From Flavobacteriales bacterium (GTDB lineage Bacteria; Bacteroidota; Bacteroidia; NS11-12g; UBA955), in assembly GCA_947463435.1 (NCBI GenBank), contig CANHTS010000001.1, forward strand, positions 3,700 through 67,699: DNA of 64,000 nucleotides, written 5' to 3'. Below the pieces are notes generated by a model. The model worked only from the letters and a program-made list of their open reading frames with translations, did no database searches and was not told the origin of the DNA. This document shows positions 9,881 to 19,900 of the stretch, one piece after another (the first letter of the stretch is position 1; every line of letters starts with the position of its first letter). A program made the position numbers and the translations under genes.

Positions 9881-10911
9881 AACTTACTTACCGCAGCGAA
9901 AGCCTGCAATTCCTGAAACCGGCAGCCACGAGCAAGGGCGCTTATCTGACGCGCGAATTGTACTTGCTCGAACTGCAATTGGCCGACGGCCGGAGCTACC
10001 GGGCCGAATGTGCGCCGCTGCCCCATCTGAGCTGCGACGACATGGCAGCCCTGCCGGCGGCGCTCGACGAATGGTGCCGGCATCCGGAGCGCATCGCAGC
10101 AGCTGCCTTCGAAATCGAAACAGAACAATCCCGCTTCCCGGCGTTGGCCTTTGCGCTCGAAAGCCTGCGCCGGCAATGGCTCAGCGGCATTCCCAGACTG
10201 TTGTGGGACAATGCCTTTACCCGTGGCGAAGCCTGCATCCCCATTAACGGATTGGTTTGGATGGATGACGCCGAAGCGATGCTGGCCGCTGCCATGGAAA
10301 AGGCGGCCCAAGGATTCCGTTGCATCAAGTTCAAGGTAGGCGCATTGGATTTCGACGCCGAGTGCAGGCTTCTCGAAACGGTGCGCGCCGCCTATGGTCC
10401 GGATCGTCTCGAGCTGCGGGTGGATGCCAACGGCGCTTTCCGTTCAGACGAAGTGGCTGAAAAGCTGCGCACCCTGGCGCGTTTTCATTTGCACAGCATC
10501 GAGCAGCCGCTGTCTCCGTTGGATACGGAAGGCTTGGAACGCTTGTGCCGGGAAAGTCCTTTGCCCGTTGCGCTCGACGAGAGTCTGATTGGTCTGAACC
10601 CTTTTGGGCCCGATGCCGCCAGGATACAGCGCATGGCTCCGGCCTACCTTGTATTAAAACCCGGCCTGCTCGGCGGATTTGCGCGATCGTCCGCCTGGGT
10701 CGCATTGGCCACCGAACACCTCCGCGGCTGGTGGGCTACTTCGGCCCTGGAAAGCAATATCGGTCTCAGCGCCATTGCGCAGTGGTGCGGCAATTACCCT
10801 GTGCAACAGCACCAGGGCCTCGGCACCGGACGGTTGTTCCACAGCAACTATCCCAGTCCGCTCCGGCTGGAAGGGGAGGAGTTGTGGTTTGATGGGGAGG
10901 GGAACGGCTGA
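9877..10911 (+). CDS. menC: o-succinylbenzoate synthase
   Basis: Enolase-superfamily motifs IKFKVG, RVDANG, IEQP, LDESL, LKPGLLGG, TSALES, QGLGTG; GTGA overlap with the menA stop. Confidence 0.88.
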   Translation: MKLTYRSESLQFLKPAATSKGAYLTRELYLLELQLADGRSYRAECAPLPHLSCDDMAALPAALDEWCRHPERIAAAAFEIETEQSRFPALAFALESLRRQWLSGIPRLLWDNAFTRGEACIPINGLVWMDDAEAMLAAAMEKAAQGFRCIKFKVGALDFDAECRLLETVRAAYGPDRLELRVDANGAFRSDEVAEKLRTLARFHLHSIEQPLSPLDTEGLERLCRESPLPVALDESLIGLNPFGPDAARIQRMAPAYLVLKPGLLGGFARSSAWVALATEHLRGWWATSALESNIGLSAIAQWCGNYPVQQHQGLGTGRLFHSNYPSPLRLEGEELWFDGEGNG

Positions 10912-10954
10912 TTAAGCTTGGTTGCCGGGGGAAACGCAATCACACCCGCAACCT

Positions 10955-13900
10955 TTATCGTATCAGCATCACATCGGTCGAAACACGGTCGGTGAAGATT
11001 TCGCGGTTCTCGTTGCAGACCGTGCTGTAGTCCACCACGATCACGTACACGTCGGTAGGCTGCAAAATGCCGTTGATCTTACCGTCCCAGATGCCCTTGG
11101 TGATGTCGCCGGTATTGGGTCCGCGCCATTCGTAGCGTTTGCCGCCCCAGCGGTCGTAAACCGTGAGCTTGTAGTTCAGAACGGTAGAAGTCATAACCGG
11201 CCGGTACACAGGGTTCAGGAAGTCGTTGTTGGGCGTGAAGGCCGTCGGCATCCAGATGCGCGGCTTGTCTTGCACTTCAAGGAAACGCTCTTCGAAATGT
11301 TCGCAACCCTTGTCTGTCACACGCGTGTGCTTGAGGCGATAGGTTCCGTCCTTGTCGAAGGTGTAGGTAAACTTACGTTCTTTGCTGACAGGTATGAAGT
11401 TTAGTTCCCAACTCATATCGTCCTTTTCCTGTGAGTTGGCATAAAACTCCACGGGTTCTTCGGTTATGATTTCACTGCAGCGCTTGATGAAATTGAACGT
11501 TGCATCGGGCAGGCGGTTCACGGTAATCGGCATGCTGGCAGAGTCCACACAACCCTCGGGCGATTCGGCGATGGCCGTGTACACCCCCTGCAATCCGGGA
11601 TGCATTTTCTTCACCACATACTGCGAGAGGCGTTGGTCGCGCACATCGAGTCCAGGGCCACGCCAATGGAATTTCACTCCGTCGCTATTAAGCGACAATT
11701 CGAGGTCCTGGCCTTCGCAAACTTCCTTGGCTGTGTAATCGGTTATATTCACAAGGGGCTGCTTCCAGACGCGCAGATTCGTCTGGAAAGTGCCGGAGCA
11801 GTTGTGGATATCGGTTACGCGCAGCTGGTACAGCCCGGAGTCAATCCTGTTTACGCGGTTCAGTTGGATGGAAGGCGCATTGATCACCCGTCCTTGCGGT
11901 GTGATCCACTGATAGTTGGTGGCTCCTCTTGCCCGCATGACATAGATGCTGCCGGCACAGAGCATGGTATCAGGCGAAGCGAGGACGCTGTCGAGCCCGG
12001 TCTTCATCTTCCAGCGCGTAGTGGAGCTGCAACCGTTGCTCAGCCTTCCGGTAACGTAATAGATGCCGGTATCCGTGCGTTGGAAAGGTGTAAAAGGCAG
12101 TCGTTGCGCCACGCCCAAAGTATCCATTTTAGCGAAGTAAGGATTATAGCGAGTCCAGGTGTAGGATGACGCCCCAATACCACGCAATTCAGCATATTGT
12201 TCGTAGCAAACGGTTTCTGGTACGGACTGGATCGACACCAGGGGCAGCTTATTCACGAAAACATGCACCTCTAGACTGTCCAGACATCCACTGCGGTCCT
12301 GGCCTATGGCCTTGAACACCATGTCTTTTTTGTACCTCACGGAATCGAGTCGGAGCGGATTGACACCCCAGGCATAGCTGCGTTCCGGACCAATCCAGCG
12401 GTAGATGACGCCGTTGTTCATACCGGCCTGCAGGTTAAGGGTTCCGTATTCACAAATCTGGACGCTGTCGTTGCCAACAAAGATTGGATTTTTCGGCGGA
12501 TCGCTTAAGCTCAATACTGTATCTCCGCGACAACCCAATGCATCTATGGCTTCAACGCGATAGGTACCTGCAACCAGATTGGTCAGAAAGCTATCTGTCC
12601 TCAGGAACGGTGCGGTATACCAAACATATTTGTAACCTGCGTTTCCACCTTCCGCTGTAACCCAAAGCAGACCATTCTTGCCGCCATTGCAGGTTATATC
12701 CAATTTGCCCAATGCTTTAACACGAACCGGATCCGGTTGCTTGGGCTCAATGGTCGAGATCATGGTGTCGCGGCAATTGTTTCGGTCGACAACAATCAGT
12801 TTGTATTTACCCGCCGGAATGCCTTTGGCTACCCGATCGCTTGAAATGTTCCGGTTTGCCGCATCGCGCCAGAAATAGCGCACCGGCATTTGCCCGCCGA
12901 CAAAGTTGCCATAAAGTACAGCTGAGCTTTCTCCATGGCAGCGGGCATCGACAAAAGAATCAACCAAGGCCTGTAAACGGGTAGGCTGCGACACTACAAA
13001 ATTCAGATTCCTGGAGCAACCGTTGCTATCGGTCACGTTTACCGTGTGCCGTCCTGCTGGCAATTGCCTGCGGGTAGAATCGTTCGGAACAAAATTCCAG
13101 GCGTAGCGGTAGGGTTTAATACCACCGCCAGCGGTGAGTTGAACTTCCGCCATTCCCCCAAAGCAACTTACAGCTGCCAGATTTGTGGCTTTAAGGGTGA
13201 GCAGCTCAGGCTCACGAATTTCAAATGAATCGCGGATCGAACAGCCCAGCATGTCTTTGATCAAGAGCTTGTAGGGGCCTGCTGGAACACGGTACAATTC
13301 TTCTCCAAAATAAGATCTTCCGTTCGAAGTCCATTCAATGCGATAAGGTGGAACCCCTCCCAAGGCTTTTACATTGGCATTGGCTGAAGTTTCAGCGAAG
13401 CAACGAACATGGTTGATCAAGTTAATGGTATCCAGCATCCTTTCGGGCTGGGTGAGAGTGAAACTCTCATCGCTTTCGCAACCGTTGGCATCGATAATCT
13501 GTAAATGGTAATCGTTGGCGGGTACAGAGTCGAGAATATTGCTGCGAAGCCGTGAATTACCATTCCAAAGATAAGTGTAAGGAGCTTGCCCACCTGTGGC
13601 GGTAGCTTGCAATGCGCCCAGCATTCCAAAACACTGAACACCACGAAGAATGCGGATTACAGGCTTATCAGGGTTCTGCCACACATGCACGGACCGCGAT
13701 GTGGTGTCGTAACACCCATATGGTGAAGTAACAGTGAGTCTTACGGAATATGAACCTCGGATATTGTATGAATGTGAAGGACTATGAGCTCTTGAACTGC
13801 TGCTATCGCCAAACTCCCAATAACTGTCAGGGATTCCCCCACCACCATAGTAAATAGTGAGATTACTCATGTCGAAGCGATTGGTACTCAGACATTGTGC

Positions 13901-16900
13901 GCTGTCGTTGACAACGAAGTTGGCAACAGGATGCTCGTAAATCCGCACCCTTTGTGCTATCGCTGTGCTGCAGCCATAAGAATTGGTTACATGAAGAATA
14001 ACGGGCAGAAGGCCGGAAGTATCGTATTGATGGAAGGCATTCTTCAGGGTTGAGGTATCGCCATCACCAAACTCCCATAAGAAATTCAAACCACCGCCCA
14101 AGCCGGGGCTTACGCTGTTGTTGGTGAATTGGAACCAGTTATCCTTAAAGCACTGGTCGCTGTCGTTCATGCTGAAACCGGCGATCGGATTGGGTTTCAC
14201 GTGTACAATCACGGTGTCCGATGCCTCGCAACCGGTTGCTGCACGTGCGGTACCAATCACCATGAACTGGCCGCTGTCGGCGAACGATTTGCTGAATTCA
14301 AAACCGGTGGCGGCTGTTTTGTCGCTGAGCCGCCAGCGATGCATGAGATAGCTGTTACCGGTAATGCCGGAGCGAGACTTGAAATAGAACAGGTTATTAT
14401 TCTTGCAATCGCTGATGGTAGAATCCCATGTTTTAATCCAGGGTGCGGGATAGATGCTGATCATTCCGGTGGTTGAATCCATGCAGCCGCCGCTGGTGCG
14501 GGCAACCAGTTTCACGGTATACCTTCCAAAGCTGTCGTATCGCCACCTGGGAGAAGCAGACGTTGAAATACCGCCATCACCCAAATCCCATTTATAACTT
14601 ATCGAGCCATATTTTGTTACTGTGGTGTTGTTGAAAACTGCCACGCTTGTATTGCTGCAGGGATTTTGGAGTGCGAATCCTGCAATCGGAATATCAAAAA
14701 CCTGGATAGTTTCATAAGCAGTATCACGGCATCCGTCTTCCCCTACAACAATCAGTCTGACACGGTATCCACCCGGCTCGGCATATTGATGAACTATATC
14801 GGTATCGTTGCTCACGACGGCCTGCATCTTACCAGTTTTGCCAAGTGGTATACTGTCACCGGGCTCCCAATAAAATTTGAGCTTGTTTCCTAGAGGCCCG
14901 CGCGATTCATTCTTGAAGGTGAATATCTGCTTTACTCCGCATCCATTTCTGTTATTGACTGTAAACGCTGCCCTTAATCTCTCATAAGCTTCAACTGGTT
15001 TCTTGGCTATATCTACGCAACCTGAGTCAGAAGTAACCTTTAATCTGACATCATAGTAACCTGCAGTTCTGAAGCCCACAACGGTATCCAAACCCGACCA
15101 GTTGAAACCGCTTCCGAAGTCCCATTCATGTTTAATGCCTGTTCCGTATCCTTTGCCAGGGTTAAAGGTTACTGCCGATCTGAATTTAAGAAACAGGCTC
15201 AGACCGCAAACGGGTGCCACAGTGAAGTTAGCAACAGGCGAAGGTATAATATTCACTTGTTTACTTATACTGTCATTGCAACCTACCGCTTGTTGGGATA
15301 TAATTTTTATAGTGTACTTACCCGGATTTGCATACTTGTAGGTGGTATCAAATGCACTGAATCGTTTCCCATCGCCCATGTCCCATACATATTTCATTCC
15401 CGGGATCGGGCTGAACGATGTATTTTTAAGTTCTACGGCATGTGTATTGAAACACTGCCTTAATTTGTTAATGGTAAAGTCTGCACTCGGCTTCGCATAC
15501 ACAATCACTGAGGTTGTTTTGCTGTTTGCGCAACCATTTCTGTCGGTTACAGTAAGGGTAACGAACTTCCGTCCGAAGGAAGAATATACTACACGGTTGT
15601 TGGATTGTACTGTTCCAGTTCCCGGGCTGGCGTCTGTACCGAAGTTCCAAGACCAACTTCTCAATTGAGAACCAACAGCAGGTACGGATGCAGATGAAAA
15701 TACAAACTGGTTACCGGATAAGCATTGATCCGTATCATTTATTGTGAACCCGGCTCTTGGGTTTCCTTTTACGTGTACAAATTTAAAGAATGTATCCGAG
15801 CAGCCATTCTGATCATATGCAATTAAAGTTACACGCGGAGTTCCGATACTGCTATATTTTACAGTATCAGGTCTTAAAGAGTTTGAGGAGTCAGGATTAG
15901 CCCCATTACCGAAAAACCAACGTGCCTTATTGATATATGATCCAGTTAGCGGTGTTGACCGGTTTGAAAACACAAACCCATTCCCGTTTAAACACTGCGT
16001 ATCTTGATTCACACTCCAAGACGCTGTTGGATGTCTTAATAATGAAATGTTCTGATATACTGTATCCAGGCAACCTGCGTTGCTTTTGCTAATTAACCTA
16101 ACCCTGTATGTGCCTGTGCTTGAATAATAAACAGCATTTGGGTTCTTCAATGTAGACCCTGATCCATTGTTGAAGTCCCAAGTATTTGAAATTATACTGT
16201 CATTAACCACTGTGCTTAATCCGAAGAAATTGTATGCATGGCCCCAGAAACACTGTGCTGACTTATTCACGCCAATGACAGCCGATGGTTGGGCGTCTAT
16301 TGTAAGCGGCAATGAGAAAGTATCCTTACAACCAGCGCTATTGGTGGCTATAAGCGTCATGTTGTATTTCCCTGAAACGGTGTAAACCCTTCCACCATTT
16401 AAACCACTTGTCCGTGAGCTGCCATCGCCGTAATCCCACAAATAAGAGCTTGCACCGGTGCTCGAATTATTGCCTACGAAGAAATTTCCACGGCTGCATT
16501 GGCGGTTATTATTCAGTGTAAAAGCTGCTTTTGGCGACGCATTCACTACAACATTTCGGGAGATAGTATCGCGACATCCATCTTTTCCTATTGCAATCAG
16601 ACGAACAGTGTAGGTTCCTGTTGAGTTATACTGCTTGGACGGTTGAAAGGCAGTTGATCCGCTTCCATCCCCAAAACTCCATGTGTACGTGGAAGCACCG
16701 GCTGTGGTATTGGTGAAAATGAAGTTATGGCCACGTAGGCATTGATTGTTGTTATTGACACCGAAGTTCGCGTTGACACTGTTTATAACAACTGTATTCT
16801 TAATAGCAGTATCTGTGCAACCATTGCGATCTCTTGTTATTAATGTAATTCGTTTCGTTCCGGCAGATTTATAAGAAATGCTTGCAGGTACAGAAGATGT

Positions 16901-19900
16901 ATCCGTCGTTCTGCTGGCATCCGGACCGAATGCCCATCTATAGGATTCCATGACGCTACCGGCCACAGCAGTTGAGGACTTGCCGGTAAAATTGAAAGTG
17001 TTTCCGCGGAAACACAATGTATCAAAGTCAACATTCAACACAGCTTTTGGATGTTCTTTCACTTGAATAGTGCGTGTAATAGAATCGAAGCATTGGTTGG
17101 AAGTTCGTGTGATGAGTTTTACGGCATATGTTCCGGTACTGCTGTAACGCACGCCTGTCGGGTCTTTCGCCGTAGAACTGCTGCTATTGCCGAAACGCCA
17201 GGTGTATCCGTTGATGCTCCCTGATCCTACTGCGCTGGTATTGGTGAAGTTGAAGCTGTTCCCCCGCAAGCATTGATCCCCGTTCCAGTTGAAACCGGGT
17301 TTGGCCTGTGGATATACCTGCACGGTTTGCCATTGCGTATCGTTGCACCCCAGGTTGCTGCTTACAATCAGGCGCACGCGGTAAATGCCTGAATCGGGAT
17401 AAGAGAAACTGTCTCGCGCAGCACTCGAGAACAAGCCTCCGCCGAAACTCCACAGATGCGACTGGATGCTGCCGCCGGAGATGGTGGAAGTACTTCCAAA
17501 AACGAAATGGTTATTGTTCAGGCATTGCTTGTCGCGGTTTACAGTAAAGGATGCTGATGGATCGGGATTTACTGCTACACTGCGGCGGAGGGTATCCCGG
17601 CAACCAAACGAATTCGTAGCGACGAGTTGGATGGTAAAGTTTCCGGTTGAAGTATAACGTTTAACCGGCTGTGCCTGTGCCGAAGTGGTGGCATCGCCGA
17701 AGTTCCAGGCGTAGCTGAGGCTTCCGCTTCCGGCGCTGCTGGTATTGGTGCTGACGAAGCGGTTAGCGTCGAGGCATTGTGCGGAGGCGTTCAGGCTGAA
17801 TCCGGCTGTAGGTTCTGCATATACCACGATGTTCTGCGTGCTGCTGTCCAGGCAACCGAAGGAAGTGTTCACACGCAGGCGCACGGCATAGGTTCCGGAG
17901 CCGGCGTAGCGTTTCCCGAAGGGACCAACCCCACTGAAAGTGGAACCATCGCCCAGAGTCCAATTGCTTTGGGTAATGCTGCCATTGCCGGCTGCAAGAG
18001 TAGCAGTGGAACGCAGGCTTACGTAATTGGTATTTGCGCAGGAGCGCTGTGAATCGGACTGGATGGCAATGCTAGCCGGGAGGCGAACATTGAGGGCAAA
18101 GCCTGTATCGTAAGTACAACCACCTGCGTCCGTGAGGCGGAGATTGAAGGTTCCGGTGTAAGAAGCGGTAATTCCATTGATGATGAAATTGCTGTCCAAC
18201 CGGCTGAAAGAGGCAGGTCCCGACCAGCGATATTGGTATCCGCCGTAGGTATTCACTACCCGCGAGCGGACATCGAGTCTGGCTCCGCGGCAAATATTGG
18301 ATGGGGCGGTAATGGCAACCTGCAAGCGCGGCCGCACAATAAGCGGCACGGTCAGGGTGTCGCGGCAGCCCAGGGAATCGCGCACTGCCACGCGGTAAGT
18401 TCCCGACCTGGATGAATCTGCGTTGGGAATGAAAGGTGAGAAGGAGGAACTGCTGAAACCACGTGGACCTGACCAGGAGGCGCTCTGAGCGCGGAAAGGT
18501 CCGACTAGGCTCAGCCGGATGGTGTCGCGGTTGCAGATTGGCGAGTTGGACTCGGCGGTGAAGATCGGACGCACGCTGATCAGCATGGAATCCATTTCCA
18601 CACAGCCGCCGCTGTCCCGCACTTCAATGTAATACTTTCCGTCGGCATTGGCGTTGGCAGGGAATCGCTTCAAGATGAATCCGGTATCGCGGAAGTTCCG
18701 TGGGCCGCGCCAGGTGTATAACGCACCACCCGCCACCGAAGCTTCAAGTTTGATGGTGTCCCAGCGGCAGAAAACCGTTTTCAGGTTGTTCCAGCTTACT
18801 CCTTTGTCACTGAGGAATTTGTTTATCCGCAGATAGGAGGTATCCGAACATCCGTATTCGTTGAACACAACCAGCCGGTAGAGCCCGGTATCTGCCCAAC
18901 GCGCCTTGAACTTAGGAAACTGCACGGAAGAACTAAAGCTGTTCGGTCCGGTCCAGCTGATCTTGAACGAGGAAGGGAAAGCTTTGCTCCAGCTGTAAGC
19001 CCTGCCGGTGTAATTGTCTATAAACAGACTTGAGTCTAAAGCGGCAAACAGCGTAATTGTATCGTTGACGCAAGCAATCCCCTGTTTGGTGCGCAGGAAA
19101 CGCGGGCACACACTGAGCGCGGATGTAAATGCATCGGCAGTGCCTGCAAAAACGTTCTGAAAGCCGCTGCGGGAAATGCCGGTATCGGAGGCTGTTTCGC
19201 CGGTCAGAAATAGGTTTCCGCCTTTGCCTCTGGCAAAACCATGTGCGATTTCGTCTTTGTTACCGCCGTAATAGGTTCCCCATGAACGGCTGCCACCAGC
19301 ATTGAATTTCGCGAGGAATGCATCGCTTGCGCCGCGGCGGTTGGGATACAAGGAACCGGGCGTTGCAATGGCTCTTGCGGTTCCGTTGGGCGAAGTGGTA
19401 TTGCCGAGCAGGAAATAGTATCCGCTGCCGTCGCGCGTCACGGCGACACCTTGTTCGTCGTTATCGCCGCCGTAATACGTTCCCCAGCGCGGGGTGAGAG
19501 AAGTTGTAAGGGTGACAAGGAAGGCGTCGCTGGCGGTGGTCGAGGCGCCGCGGTTCAGGCTGCCCTGGTGACCGCCGGAGAGGAATCCCAGTCCGGTACT
19601 GGAAGTTGTACCTGCCACGGCCAGTCCGCTGCTGTCGGAAAAAAGGCTATTGACGGCATCGGTTCCGCCGCCACCGAAGTAGCGGTTGGCTAAGGCAGAT
19701 CCATCGGCTAGGAAACTGCTTACGAAACCATCGTAGCCACTGCCTATGCTGTTGATGCTATTGGGCAAGGAGCCGCTGCGGGTTCTTCCTCCCAGAAATA
19801 AGGTATCTCCCGCGTTGACGGCCAGTGCCAGGGCTTCGTCGTGCGCAGATCCGCCCCAGTAGGTTGAATACAAGCGTTTTCCTGCGGTGTCGAGCAAGAG

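Noticed and set aside
9865..9884. CTTTGCGGTTGCGTGAAAC resembling the repeat's right arm
   Set aside because: Lies in the menA/menC coding overlap, has a 3-nt gap and no left arm; likely chance.
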